Positions 11,991 through 28,261 of a DNA stretch of 64,000 nucleotides are shown here, in pieces. The notes beneath the pieces were generated by a model. The model did no database searches and was not told the DNA's origin. It saw only the letters and a program-made list of their open reading frames with translations. Both the position numbers and the translations under genes were made by a program. Source of the stretch: the human T2T-CHM13v2.0 reference genome, Homo sapiens; the NCBI RefSeq assembly GCF_009914755.1, contig NC_060928.1. The stretch is one strand, 5' to 3'. How positions within the stretch are numbered: position 1 is the first letter of the stretch; each line of letters opens with the position of its first letter.

Positions 11991-12995
11991 CCCTGCCCCG
12001 ACTTAGCAAATCAGGATGATGTCTCTGTACTTCTTGACTCTTTGAGTACACTTTGGAGCTGCAGAGATTGGGGAGCTGAGTGGATGTCAGAGTGTATGTT
12101 GTAGAAGAGAAGCTGATGTTTTTCAAAGCATTGCATCAGCATAAAGCAGGGCCTTGCACGCATACATGTGTGCACACACACACTCAAAAAGTATTACCGG
12201 CAGAAAAGATTATGAGACAACACTTTTATTTTACAAGTGAGAAAACAGAAGCAGAGAGAGCTGATGGCACAGGCACAGGCTTTGCCATGCTGGGGATGAG
12301 ATCCAATTCTTCTGATTTCTTCTTTGAGGGCTCTTTAACTCACCCCGCTGTGACTCAGCTTTCACAGGGTGCTCTTCTGGCTTACAATCCCAAGGTTCGA
12401 GGGAAATTCCACCCGATTTCACCAAATACATTTTCACCTGACGTTGCATAACGAAGTCACCTGAGCTTGCAGTGATTCACTCTGCAAGTACCTTGATTCA
12501 CCCAGCCCACACCTCAAATTTTTGATGCCCCATTTCTTCCCATAAGCAGGCATTGTGCCTTCAGTAGGTGGTGGAGAACTTGTCATGAGAATGCTATAAT
12601 CCTTTCCACATGTTTGAAATTGGTACTTTTCTAAGTTCCTTAGCAACCATTGTCTCATACAATCTTTCCAAGAGTCCCGTCAATAGGCAGGAAAGTTGCC
12701 ATTATCAACCCATTTGGGAGATGAACTTAACTTGGGCTCAGAAACGACCTGCCTCAGGCTCCTCCTGGGAAGTTTATGTTATTGTTATGGTAACAGGATG
12801 ATGGTCACTACTAAGGAACTCCAGCCACATCCTCACTCGCCCTCACACAATGTCTTCACAGTCCCATCTGCATTTGCTCCAGCTGTGTTTCCACCAACAA
12901 CCTCAGTGCTGGTTCCTCCTTGCTGAGTCATTTAGGCTGACTCATCTTCTGGACTCCAGAGATTCCCTAACTGCATGCTTCAGTTAGGGAAAGGT

Positions 12996-13025
12996 ATGTT
13001 TGTGTGTGTGTGTGTGTGTGTGTGC
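12996..13025. repeat. (TG)n microsatellite
   Basis: Direct reading. Confidence 0.9.
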
Positions 13026-14609
13026 ATGCATGTGCATGTGTGAGGTGGTCCTTATTAAATTCTTATCAGAACACTTCAGAATATTTGAACTGGCCACGAC
13101 CTGATTGCTTACTGATATCTGAGTGTCCCTTTTCCAAGATAGAAATGTAGTTCCTTGCTCTTTTCCAAATCTGATTTGCAATAGCTGCTGCTCCTATAGA
13201 TCCAGTCATTTTCCCCTTTTTTCTCTCTTTTCATTTATTGATTCCTTCTTCTTCTAACCACCACCAACAGTTTAGCCAAGATAATGTAAACATTTCTCTA
13301 GAGTCTGGCCCAGTCAATTCTCTTAGAGGCTCATATTGTCCTTAAAATCTAAATGATGCAATGAAAGAGAACTTTGTTTCTGAGCAGTTCCTTGAAGACT
13401 ATTGCTTGAAGACTTCATCCAAGTTGAAGCTTTGGAGAACCAAACTGCTCTCTTGAGACCCTCTCCCTCTCTTCAGCAAAATCAGAAGCTCCCATTGCCA
13501 GAGTCAGGATGGGTACAGCAGCCATTCTACTCAGCAGATCTCATGCTTAGTAGGGTGAAGGCCAAGAGCTAATCAGAGGGAATTTGGGGACTTGGACTTG
13601 GGCCAAATGGGGGCTTTCAAGTAGCCCTGTTGGGAAGAAAACATACATACCAGGCTGTGTAGAGAGTCAGCAAATAGTTACTCAGAGACCCAAGGTCAAT
13701 GCTGGATCCAAAGAGATTGCAAGGAGTGAGGCTGATTGGCAGCAATTGTCCTGGAACTAGGCAGGTTTGAAAAATACTCTGTTCATTTTATTCTGTCCCG
13801 TTAAACTGAAAGCATTTTTAAGCTTGTGGTTTTGAGCAGCACATCTGGCATGATTAAAACCTGGTCAGTGTATGAATGGGCTTTTTTGGAGGATTTAACC
13901 CTCAATGAATATTATCTGATGGGAAAGTCAGGGAAAGCTTCTCTCTGTGTCTTCAAAGACTTTGGTAGAAAGAGAAAGGAGCAGACAATCTTTAGGTTTT
14001 CAGATCCTGGGAGGACCCTTTCTGTCTCCAACCTTCCCATCCCCAGATCTTTTTAAGGACAAAAAGGGGCTGTTCCTCTATCATGAGGCTCCTAGTCTAG
14101 GGGGACAGGGCCCTCAGAAGGCAAGCCCCTGAGAACAGTCCCCTTTTTGGTGGGAAGGAGAGGTGTTGAAACTCTCTAACACTTACACGTCATGATTTTC
14201 CCTTCTCCTGGGTAGCACGTGAGATCAACTGATGATGTTTTAAAATATATATTTTTACAGAAACATTTAGGGAGAAAGCTGCTGCTTAGTGTTCTACATG
14301 AGGGAATTGAGGTGTACTCATAATTTCTGCCTCTCTTTTCTCTCTTCTATTACTTGGAACAGAAACCCTGTGGGGCTGCAGAGCTTTAGCTAAACTCACC
14401 AGCAATCCCTCCATGGTGTGCCCTTAAGTTCTGAAACCCAGAACTGTTGGCATGACTGAAAAGTCTCATCTTCAGACAGAGAACTGGGAGTAGTATAAAT
14501 AGTAACTGGGTGCTTTTTCAGCTCTTTTGAAAGAGAATAAGGGGTGTTAAACCCTCTCTGTCGGTGCCCTGAAATTTCATTTTGCTGTGCCGAGAAAGGA
14601 ATAAAGTGC

Positions 14610-15086
14610 TGTATTCATTTTTGAGAGATTCCTTAACGAATTGTCATAAACTGAGTGATTAAAAAAACAGAAATGTACTCTGTTACAGTTATGAAGGCCA
14701 GAAGCCCCAAATCAAAGGATCAGCAGGATCATGCTCCTCCAGAAACTCTAAAGAAGGGTCCCTCCATGCCTCCCTTCTGGCTTCTGGTGGTTGCCACCTA
14801 TCCTTGGCATCTCCTGGCTCCTGCACGTGCTACTTCAGTCTCTGCCTCCATCACCATGTGGAGTTCTCTCTGTGTGCCTCTGTTCATTTGTGTCTAAATG
14901 TTCACCTTCTTATGAGAACACCTGCTATGGTTCTTATAAGATTAGGGGTAGCCCCTAATCCAGTATGATCTCCTCTTACCTTATTACATCTACAAAAACC
15001 CTATTTCCAAATAAGGTCACATTCACAGGTACTGGGAGTTAATGGTCAAACATAACTCTTTAGGGGACATAATTCTAAGCATAACA
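14610..15086 (-). mobile_element. MLT1A-C-type MaLR solo LTR
   Basis: tgtattcat...ggccagaagccccaaatcaaagg...ccctatttccaaataaggtcacattcacaggtactggg...gggacataattctaagcataaca. Confidence 0.85.
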
Positions 15087-16826
15087 AGTACACTCTATGC
15101 TAGATAGGGGAAGCGGTCCATGGTTTGGCAGTCCCTAGACAACTATGTCATTGTGAACTCATTCAACATCATTCCAAAATGTATTTACCAAGTCCCAAAT
15201 ATTTCCCATGCATAGGCTGAGCACAGGGATAGGGAATGCAGCCAGTTATTCTCAGAGTCACCAGCTAGGACACTATCTGCTTGAACAGCTGTTATAAGAT
15301 GTATAAGTAAGAAAACTGACATAGAAAAAGTGAGCCTAGTACACAGCACAGAGTAAGTATTCAACAACTGATAGCTGTTACAATAGGCAGGGTTCTGGCT
15401 ACTTCATGATAATGATGACCATTAATAAACGCTAAGTGAGAGGTGATGCCAAACACTTTGTATCATCTCATCCCATGGCATCAGCAACTCCATCAGGTGT
15501 GTTTTCATCAGCTCTGTTCTCCAAGTGATGACATTGAAGCTTAGAGAGGCTAAGGAACTTTCCCAGGTCACACAGTTAGTCACTTTCAGGACTAGGACTT
15601 TTCAGAATGCAGATTAGTCTAACCATGCTATGCCAGTTTTTTCATTGTCTCTCAAAGGATGGTCCTGAGTCAATCAGTGGCAATTTCTAACCCCTCCCTT
15701 GAGGCTTAAATTTTATTTTACATGTTATTACAGTACAGGTCTTGCTTGGACAGACCTGGAAAGCGGACAGCAAGCTTCAGCTGACCCCAGGGAGGCGTGC
15801 CCCTGAAGCAGGCACTAGCTGTGAAACAAGCTTCTCCTTCTTGAATTTGGAGGAAGCTGATGTATCTGAGTGCCACTTTTTAATCAAGAAGACCGTCTAT
15901 CTCCCATTGTCACTTGATCTTTCTTGAAACAACAGCTACAAATCTCCAGGCAACACAGACATGATGCAGACAAAATGAAAACAGAGGAAGCAGCATCTTT
16001 CTCTCATTAATGGGAGAGGAGAAAAAGCACAGCTCTGCCTCAAGTGTTTTGGGAATGTGTTATTTTTAGAAAAGGACATTTTGTGATTTTAGTTGTTTGA
16101 TTTCTGAGAAGGTTTTCTTTTTTAAAGAAATCAAAAGTGAATAGTAGATTGAGCAGTAACAATCAATCAGCAAAAGAATATTGTGCAAGGCATGGCGGTA
16201 CAGACAGAGAGGCTGTGAGGTTTTATTCCTGCTCTTTAGATGTTTAGAACCTAATAAGCAAGATTTTATAGTGCTGTCTGTATAGAGCTCGGAAAATAAG
16301 GCAATCTGATCTATTGTAGTTCACAAAAGGGAGAATAATTGGAGAGGTAAAAATTGAGGAGCCCTGAAGAATGGATGGAGTTGTTTACTCATTTGTTGAT
16401 TCAATGAATATGTACTGAGCACCTTCCCTGTGTATAGCAGGCACTGATAAAAAAAAAAAAGCTGAATGAGACCTTGTCTCTAACCTTGAAAAGTTTATAG
16501 ACCAGTGGCAGACAGAGAATTATACACCAAAAAACATGATGAAGTAAATGATGGAAATGTGAACAGATAACATGGGGCCATAGGGGAAGAAGAGGTAATC
16601 AATTCTAAATAGAAGAGAGAAAGAGAGCTGAAGACTTCATGGAAGAGAGATGGGTAGCTAAGGATGGAGATGAGTTGACCAGAAGGAAGAGCAGGAGAGG
16701 TAGTTGAGGCAGCACATGGGTGAGGCTCTGCTTACAGCTGGGAGTGGTAAGATCTTGCAGGTGTGGAAGGATTAAGCTTGCAAGGTGGCTGGGAGCACCC
16801 ATATTTGCAGGAAAAAGGGAAATTTT

Positions 16827-18687
<1,861 letters not shown>

Positions 18688-19904
18688 TCAAGGTCACACA
18701 TTAGGGGCCAGACCACTAAACAAACCAGTGTAATAAGTACCATAAGGGAAGTAGTTTGGATTCCCATAGGAATTCAAAGAAAAACCACTTTATCCAGACT
18801 GGGCCTGTCTGCAGAAGACTTCTTGGAAGAAATGACATCAACAGGAATTAGCATGATGAAGGTGGGGGTGAGCGAGGGGAAGACAATTCTTCAAGAAAGA
18901 CAGAGTAGATTTGGTGCATTGCAGACTGCTCTGTTTGACTGGAAGATAAGGCAACTGTGTGTGCAGTGAGGATGGGCACGAAGCAGGAGTGGGTGGATTT
19001 GTTCAAGCCCTGAAAGGCCTCCTCAATAGACCATTGAGACTTGAAGGGCTTTCAGCACTGTGAGACCTGATCAGATTTGCCTTTTAGAAAGGGCATCTGG
19101 CTGCTGGGTGGGGAATATATAGGAAGGATGCAAACAAAGAGGAAGAGGAACCTATCAGGAGGATGTTTTGTATTAATCAAGGGGAGCTTAGACCAGAGTA
19201 GAGACAGTAGAATTGGAGAAAATTAAAAGTGCATTAAATGAGCACTTATTTAGGAGGTGAGAAGAGAGGACTTGGTGAGTGAATGGCCTGGAATTCTGTG
19301 GGGAGATAGAAGGCTAGTGATGGAGAATAAAAATGGAAAACTGGGAGAATAGTGAAGACAGTTATAGAGATATAGGACACAGGAGGAGGAACTGCCTGGA
19401 GTAAAGCAGACTACATTATGGAAGACAGGTAAGGACACAGCTTATGTTGCCTGGGTGTGTAGGGAGTTTAAGGTGTGAGGAAGTGAGTGAAGAACGAGCA
19501 ATTGGAATGTCAATTTAGCAAACATTAATTGAGCTATTACTGTGCCTCAGGCTCTGGGCTATATGCTGGGACCAAACCCCATGTGTAGAATATTTTCAAG
19601 GAATTCCGAAGTCTAGTGAGAGATGGAAGAGGGTGAATAGATAATTTCAGGATGATGTGTCCATGTGGCAATAGACCTATGCGCAAGGTTCTAGAAGAAG
19701 ATTACTTAATTGGACAAATATTGGTGAGCACCTACTCTATGCCAGGATGGTGCTAGGTGCAGTGGACTTGGCAGCAAGCGAGTCTAATAAGAGCCTTTCT
19801 TTCAAATAGGTAGCATTTTACTGGGGGACCTAATAAACGAATTAAAATAGACAGAGATTTGGATAAGTTCCAATGTGCTAGTTTGGGTTCTGGGAGATCG
19901 GAAG

Positions 19905-20297
19905 TAAGATACAGGTTGGTGAGGGAACATGTGGAAGATGCTGAAGGAGCCTGGAGGAGCCACCAGACTTCAATGCTGGTCTGACTCCATGGTGCAGGGA
20001 GGGAAAGTAGGAAGGTTGCGTGGGAGAAGTCTCCGACAGCTGTGCAGTCAATGGAAGTTTCAGTGAAGACGATTGTGGGTCCCCAAGCCAAAGTTGCCCG
20101 TCAGAGGAGTCCCATATCTTCCAGGAACAGGCTGCCTTTTTGTCGTGCCCTACTTAGCCATTGGGTGGTAGCATCTCATGGGAAGTATGGCTTTGGAGCA
20201 TGTGAATGGGTGGATTACAAAGCACAACAGCAAAAGCCTTTGGACAATTACGCTTTGGCATTTGGAAGGCTGCAAAGCATTTCCTGTAGCCGCCATA
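19905..20297. mobile_element. Old ERVL LTR (LTR16/LTR33-like) embedded in L2-derived sequence
   Basis: Ends gacaattacgctttggc...gcatttcctgtagccgcca; L2-like sequence continues on both sides; low certainty. Confidence 0.4.
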
Positions 20298-23200
20298 AAT
20301 ATGGAATAAGTAATCCAGTTGCCAAGAGAGGATAACCTGGGAGAGTGAGATTTACATGATCAGGGATGGATGATCTCTCTGAGGAGATGATGTTTAACCT
20401 AAGACCAGAGGATGAGAAAGATCCAGCTATGTGAAAAACCTTGCAGAAGCTTCGTAAGTGGAGGGAACAACAAATGCAAAGACCCTGTGGTGGTATCTGA
20501 GGGTCCCTCAGAAGTCCAGCATAATTTGAATGTAATCAAAAAAGGAAAAGAATTGCAGAAGATGTAGGCAGGACCAGACAGTCCAGGGTTTTGTAAATCA
20601 TTTAGAGGAGTTTAGATTTTATTCTGACTCCACAGAGTGGGGAATTTAAGTGGGCAGTGATAGATCTGACTTCTATTTAAGAAGACCACTGTGACTACTG
20701 TGTGCCTATAAGGTTTTCAGGAGTGGAGAGGAGTTAAATGGTAACAGACGATGATGATGTACACGGTCAAGGCACCCTGGCCCAGTCTGGGGTTACAGGG
20801 GGTTGCTGGTGTGGTGAGAAAAGGCTTCATGAAAGAGAGGGCACGTGAGCTGGGTCTGAAATGGATATCAAGTCTTAGAGCAAATTGCAGAAAGGAGGTG
20901 ACATTTGAGGTGAACTTCACTGGCTCTGTGAAGGAAGGAGCAATCTTGTAGCACTTCTCAAAATCACTAAAACGCAGAGCCAAAGCAGTCTTTAATTTAG
21001 TGCCTTTTATAGGAGAGAATATGGTTCAGGAGTAACCAAGGACATTTACAGGTGAAAAGTACTTAAATCAAAGCGACAGCATAGTTAGGGAAAGGAGACC
21101 AACCATTTCTTTTTTTTATGGCAGAGAACATTAACTGAATACGTCAGAGACTCTGATCATGTCAGAGACCGAAGCAGAGAAACAGAGAACACTCATCTTC
21201 CTTCTCAACCTGGCTCTGGATGCCAACTGGCAACGCTGTGAACCAGTTTGGGCTTGGAGGGCTCAGAGGAAGCCACTTTTGGAAGGCATTGGAAGCTGGT
21301 TTTTCAGAGCCTACTCTTTGCTACCCCTTTCTATGTTGAAAATAAAAATGTAAAGCCTAATTCATAGTCACAACAACAATGACACCAGGAATAAATCACA
21401 GACCAGAGTCCAAACATCTGGTCACGTTGCTCATCTACCATCTGGTGGGTCTCCTCTCAGCTCTGTGTTCTGACTGCCAGTCATCTCCCTTCTTCTCTGT
21501 CTTCACTGACACTATTCTAGGTTTATAGTTTTGAAATAGGTTCCTAACTGGTTGCTCTGCCTCCAGACTCTTATACTGTATACAGGTCCAGTGACAAAAC
21601 GATGGTTTGTTTTACAGTCCACAGATACATTTTACTTATTTTTTTAATGTCCATAACACTCTTTGGAATAAGATTTAAAAATTGAAAAATCAGATGATTT
21701 TACGTAAAAATCCATATTTCCTGTTTATGCTAAAAAATTGAATGATCTGACCTCACTGGTCCACACCGAGCAACAACTGGGTAAATCTTGCCATTTTGGT
21801 TTTTTTTTTTTTTTTTTTTTAGCTCAGGCATCGGATTTTTGTCCAGTTCATCACAATCTCTCCTCTTTACTATTGTTTTAAACCCTTCTTTTTTGTTACC
21901 TGCCTGAGCCTGGGAGGTATTTGAACTTAAAGACATTACTTCAATGCTTTATACAGACTCATTTCTCTGAAACACGAATTTGATCATGTCACTCTCATGT
22001 TTAAAAACCTTCGCCAGCCTGCTTGCCTGGTGGATAAAGTTCAAACACTTGACCCTAGCATAGAAGGGCCTCCATAACCTAATCTTTTATCTCTGTGGCT
22101 CTTCCTAGCTCACACTCTGCCCAGAAGCCATGCTGAAAGGCGGTGCTCTGTTGTACCCCTCTGTCCTCTGCCTGCTCTAATGTCCTATTTTTAGCTGAAT
22201 ATCTTTTCTTCAATTTTTCATCTGGTAAATATCTTCTCCTTAGTATCAGCTCATACTTTAAAAAAGTCCTTCTCGAACTTTTGTGCTTTCATTACCTGCT
22301 TCTTCTTCACTTTCTGAGGACCTTGGACCCTCCTCTATTGCAATGGTATTGCCAAGCCAATTCTTTCTCCTTCTTCAGACTGTACAACCCTTAGGGCTCT
22401 GAGCCATCTTTGCCTTTGGGAATTTATTGCAGAGTAGGTGAATGGTGTTCACTGAATAAATGTTTCAGATTGGAAAATTTGATCTTTCATTTCCTTACCT
22501 ATAGGATGGAACCGTAATACCTTCTGTTCACATACAGGAGAATCATTGTGGGGATCAAATGACACAATGTCTTTTGTAAAAATGTTAACAAAGCACTTGG
22601 AAACTGCAAAGTAATATATGAGTAGATGGAATTAATATAGAAAATGTTATGTTCTCAACTTGCTTAAAATAATTTAACTGTGTTATTTCTAGCAAGAACA
22701 GTGATCTTGAAGGCAGGGCTATAGTTCTTGTTTATAGTTCCAATTTTATTGCCAATTAGTTGGATGACTTAGGGAAAGTAATTTTGCCTATCTAGACCTC
22801 AGTTTCCACAGCTGAGCTCTGGAAATTTTAAGGTATTTGTTATGTCTTTCATGTTTTTCTCCAGTCTTCCTAGAAGTAAAACATTTTTCTTGTTTTCAAA
22901 GACTTTCATTCTTCCACATTTGGTATGGTATATTAACCGTAATACAATAATGAATATGCAGCCATTCGTTTTTTCATTAAATATGCAAATCATTGAGAAT
23001 AGCTATTGTGTGGTGCTGATTACTAACATTTTCTTAACCTGGAGTTATTTTCATTATTTAATCAACATTAACAAATGAAGGCTTCAGAGCTCAGAATTAA
23101 AAGATCTTAGCAGCTATATTACAATGCTTCACTCAATCTTATCTAGTCTCTTGCTCTAAACTCACATGGCAACCTCATCTTCTTCCCATATCACTCTAAA

Positions 23201-23709
23201 GTCGCCAATGTGATTGATAGTTTTGGGTAGAGGAGTTTAGAGTGGGGAGAATGTGGAGGAAATGAGGACTTTACTTGGAGGGAATAAAAGCTCTATCCTT
23301 GTTTTCTAATTGCAGCTTATAAAGTTGATTCACTGACTGCTGGTTTGAAATGGTGTCTGCTAACAAACAGTTGCTGGTACAGCTTCTCTGTAATGTGAGG
23401 TAAAATACCTATAAAAGCTTAGAAGAAGATGTAAACTCAGAACACAGCCATAAACTTGGACTGACAATCCCCTGAAGACTGGATCTGGGAGGACTTTTTG
23501 CCAATAGTACTGCCAATGAAACTGAAAAGAAAAGAACATTCTATGGGTGTGGGTGTGTTACTGAGGAAATGCTCTGTAGGCAAGAGGTAAGAAGGACTAT
23601 TATTTTCATTGTGCATCTCCTGGATGGGGATCCCCTGGATGATGGGTCCCCTCAATTGTGTATACTTGAATGGATTCTCTGGTGAAAATTGATGACCACC
23701 CAGAACTTT

Positions 23710-24091
23710 AGTATGTGCCTTTTTTTTTTTTTTTTTGTAAATACCTTATCTGCAGATACAATGGATTAAGATTTAAAATGAGACCATACTGGGTAGGCTG
23801 GATCCTGAATCTAATGAAAGCATCTTTATAAGGGACGGAAAGACACATACAGTGACTCACAGACAGAATATGTTTCAGGCCACATGAAGACAGACACAGA
23901 AACTGGAATGGTGGGGTCACAAGCCAAAGAATGCCAGGAGCCAACAAAAGCTCAAAGAGGCAAGGAAGGACTCTGTCGTAGAGACTTCAGAGAGAGCATG
24001 CCCCTGCTGGCACTTTATTTTGGACTGACCTCCAGAATCGTGAGAGGATATATTTTTGTTGTATTATGGGCAACCCTAGGAAACTAATACA
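23710..24091 (+). mobile_element. MLT1A-C-type MaLR LTR
   Basis: cacaagccaaagaatgccaggagcc...gacctccagaatcgtgagagg...ggcaaccctaggaaactaataca. Confidence 0.85.
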
Positions 24092-24417
24092 ATGGAAAAC
24101 TCAAGTTTATGCCAAGTGTTGAAAATGGAAATGCCTAAGATAATGAAAATGAGTGGGTTGACCAGGGAGGCACAGAGGTGAAGTTGAGAGGCCACATGGT
24201 CTATGAAGACACATCCAATTGTTGTCTTCTAAGAATGCAGACATGGACTTGCCAAATATTTTTACAGTTCAGAAGAAGCTAGAAATTTGGATTTCATTTG
24301 TGTGCTCTTTTTTTTTTTTTTAACATTGCCCTAATTTTATTTCAAATGTGGTACTAACCGTGTCAAACATGTTTGAGAAAGTCATGGGTAGCCAGTATGG
24401 TGCCTCCTGTCTGGGTC

Positions 24418-24779
24418 TGTATTAGTTTGTTCTCATGCTGCTGATAATGACATACCCGCAGCTGGGTAATTTATAAAGGAAAAGGGATTTAATGGACTCA
24501 CAGTTTCACATGGCTGGGGAAGCCTCACAATCATGGTGGAAGATGAAGGAAGAGCAAAGGGACATCTTACATGGCACCAGGCAAAAGCGTGTGTACAGGG
24601 GAACTCCCTTTATAAAACCATTAGATCTCGTGACACTTATTCACTGTCACATGAACAGCATAGGAAAAACCTGATCCCATGATTCAATTACCTCCCACCG
24701 GGTCCCTCCCATGACATGTGGAACTATGGAGCTACAATTCAAGATGAGATTTGGGTGGGGACACAATCAAACCATATCA
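24418..24779 (-). mobile_element. THE1-type MaLR solo LTR with 5-bp TSD
   Basis: tgtattagtttgttctcatgctgct...gggacacaatcaaaccatatca; TSD GGGTC at 24413-24417 and 24780-24784. Confidence 0.93.
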
Positions 24780-25120
24780 GGGTCCCTTTTAGCCATCCTT
24801 GTCCTGTGCATTTTCCCCATTTTATAAGAGGGAGAATTGTGTTCCTCTCCTCTTCCATTATTTATTTTCCAGCCTCAGAGAAGATCCTGCTCCAAAGACC
24901 ACAGGGCAGGGGTTGGAAGGCAGAAGCAGGAGGGTTTTTGTGGCAGTGATGCATAGCATAATTGCCTGATGGTTATTTCCACTCATTAACTGTCTGTCTT
25001 ATCAGAAGTCCAGGAAGAAGTTGCACAGAATACTATTTTAGTCTACCAGAACCACGGTTAGTAAAGCCTGCTGGAATGTGGAGCTGATCTAGGAGCTGTG
25101 GGCATTCAGCTGGTGAGTTA

Positions 25121-26297
25121 TGAAATGGGAAAAGTTCCCTTATCCCACTAGCAGGGTGTGTGATGGGGGGAGTGACTCGTTTCTTTGGTGCCTGCAGCTC
25201 AAACCTCTAGGGGGAGTATGCAGATGGGCAGATCGTGGGGATCATGGACTCCAACCCCACAGCAGTGTCTAGGGTTGGGTGTTTACAGCTCTGGAAGCCC
25301 CAGTGTGTTACAGTGTGCTCTTTCAGCTTAGATATCTGCAGGCGGCTTGTGTTAATCAGCTCAATCAGACCCTCTGCCTTATCACAAGGACATAGGGCTT
25401 TCTGTATCCCGGGGTTCTTGCAGTAGTGTACTGGAAAAATCAGATCACGTGTTGGCATGGAGAATGGGTGCAAGGTTTTATTGAGTGGTAGAAGTAGCTC
25501 TCAGCAGATGGATGGGGAGCATGAGAGGGATGGAGTGGGAAAGTGGTCTTCCCTTGGGTCAGGCTGCTCTGTGGCTGGGCTATCCTCCAACTGTCCTCAG
25601 CCAAATTCCACGTCATCCCACCATCAATGGCCTGCCAGTGTCTGTTGGTGTGTTCTTCTGCCTGTGTGTTTCTCTTGACATCCACACACTTGTGTGTATG
25701 CCTGCTAGGGTCTTGGGGGCTATATAGGCACAGAATAGGGGGCATGGCAGGCCAGAGAGATCTTGGAAAATGCAACATTTGGATCTGAAAACAGGAGTGC
25801 CTGTCCTCCCCTGGGTTCGTGAGACTCAGACAATTTATTTCCTGATTATTGATTGGGGGTGAGTGGGAGAAGGGAAAGTATCTGAGGACATATTCTACAT
25901 TACCAAAATTGATTACAAAAGAAGAGGCCAAGAATGAGAAAGGCAGGGCCTGAAGAGCCTGATGGATCTGCCTTCACTCAAATTGGACTCCACTCTCAGG
26001 ATTTCAGTCATGGTGCAGTTGTGTATCCAAGGGCAAAGCTTGGCCTCGATGTGATACCCTCATTGGTTTTGCTCTTCCTCCAACTTTCAGGGGAATATGT
26101 TTCCAGAATCCTTTATTCCACCTTTGATGTGAAAATTGGGTCCATGATTACAAATGGCTGATCCATGTGGGGCTTAATGCCTAGGTGACGGGTTGATAGG
26201 TGCAGCAAACCACCATGGCACACGTTTACCTGTGTGGAGCCCTCACTGGGGACCCCACCCTTCTCTACCCAGCATTTTCTGCCCCCCTCCCATATCT
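25121..26297 (-). mobile_element. ERV1 solo LTR (LTR1/LTR28/MER52 group), interrupted by a 417-bp templated insertion
   Basis: tgaaatgggaaaagttccct...cctcccatatct; 4-bp TSD GTTA at 25117-25120 and 26298-26301; homologous to the LTR pair at 35761-37200. Confidence 0.88.
25820..26236 (+). repeat. Dispersed direct duplication, derived copy
   Basis: 417 bp; 12 substitutions and no indels versus 27845-28261 by manual comparison. Confidence 0.96.
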
Positions 26298-27844
26298 GTT
26301 ACACCTTGAAACAGAAGATTTGACCAGAAGGAAGTAGGGTCAAGGAACATTCATCCTTGAGGTCTTCTGGTAAACACTAGACTTTGATACATTTTATTTT
26401 ATTTGGGGATGAGAAAACTACAAAACATGAAGAATATGAGCCTCAACAAGGACAGCAATCACAGTGGAGAAATATTGAGCACTGGTCATCCAAAATTATT
26501 GTGAAAGCTCCCAGCAAGATCAAATCCTTGACACCCATCTGCTGAAGGAAATAGATTTTTGTTTTAAGGAAATTATTTGGAGTCCTGAGATTCAAGGACA
26601 AACCTTGCATCTCATCTCTTTTGGATTTCTGTTGGAAATAGGACAAATGTTTCAAAGAAAGAACAAAATGTCATGTAAAAAGAACTGGATAAGATAAGGA
26701 AGAATTTATAGGCAGCCAAAAGTGCAACAGCAGAATTACATTAGCATTAACAAGCAGTGGAAAACTTAATTGAGATTATGGAAAATCATATTGTATTATA
26801 AGGGACAAATTTTAGAACTCTCCTAGAAAGTATGGGACAGAGATGAAAACGATGAGAGAGCATGTGTTTGTTTAAAAAGTCTGAGATAGTAGCTTTAACT
26901 TAAGAATTATAAGTCTTTCTACTTGAGAGAGAAAAGACAAATAAAAAATACTTCCAAAAAAATTCCTACTTATAAAAACCAATGTATAAATGTTAAAATT
27001 GGTTCTTTAAGTTACAAGTAATGTTAGTAAAACAAGCAGCAAAAAAACCCCAAAAAGATTACTGCAATATGCAATTGCATGTAATTTTTCTTTATTTTTA
27101 ATTATAAAAATTATAAAATATTCAAACACCTCAAATGGATATAATGTAAATAACAAAAGCTTCTCTTTGCTTCTCCTTTTCTGTTCTCCAGAGGTAAGAG
27201 TGTTAGTATTTTGCTGAAAAGCCTTTCAGATCTTCACTCTGCATATACCAGCTCCTACAAATATTCATTAGTTTTTTGAACAACAAGATTATCACAGTAA
27301 ACTTTCTGCACCTAGCTTTTTTTTTCATTTAGCAATATATTGTAGATGTTTCTTCTTATTAGAACATGAGGCTCTAGTTAATATTTGAAATTGTTGAAGG
27401 GATTTTTTGTATAGATGCACTGTAATTTATCCAACTCAGTAAATGTTTCCTTTTTATTTCTCAACTATAAAACTGGTACTGTGAATACTCTTATCTTTGC
27501 ACACTATTTGTAAATAGTTTTTGCTAGGCTGTTTACAGAATACGTTTTTTGTTGTAAAATTACTCTGGTGAAAAGTTTGACCAAAGTATAAAGACAAAGG
27601 AATCCTACAAGGATACATGCAGGCACGAAATGAAACAAACAAAACTAAACCCTCAGACTGGTTGTTTACAAAGAAACAGAAATCAGGAAGGCTTTGGGAT
27701 TTCCTTCTGCAGCACTGAATGCCAAAGTGTCTTTGAATAGAATTGCATCTGCAGAATTTTTAAGTGGAAAAGCAATATTGTGCACCAAGAATTTTGTTCT
27801 CCTCCAAGTAATGTTTTGTATGAAAAAGTCATTCCCTGATAAAC

Positions 27845-28261
27845 TGAGACTCAGACAATTTATTTCCTGATTACTGATTGGGGGTAAGTGGGAGAAGGGA
27901 AAGTATCTAAGGACATATTCTACATTACCAAAATTGATTACAAATGAAGAGGCCAAGAATGGGAAAGGCAGGGCCTGAAGAGCCTGGTGGATCTGCCTTC
28001 ACTCAAATTGGACTCCACTCTCAGGATTTCAGTCATAGTGCAGTTGTGTATCCAAGGGCAAAGCTTGGCCTTGATGTGATACCCTCATTGGTTTTGCTCT
28101 TCCTCCAACTTTCAGGGGAATGTGTTTCCAGAATCCTTTATTCCACCTTTGATGTGAAAATTGGGTCCATGATTACAAATGGCTGATGCATGTGGGGCTT
28201 AATGCCTAGGTGATGTGTTGATAGGTGCAGCAAACCACCATGGCACACGTTTACCTGTGTG
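27845..28261 (+). repeat. Dispersed direct duplication, source copy
   Basis: Continues seamlessly into the rest of the L1 tail and its TSD, so this copy is the donor. Confidence 0.95.

Noticed and set aside
25440-28186. Apparent paralogous ORF pairs (MASSFVINFG... and ...AFTQIGLHSQ...)
   Set aside because: These are by-products of the 417-bp duplication. Most differences change amino acids and there is no known homology or exon structure.
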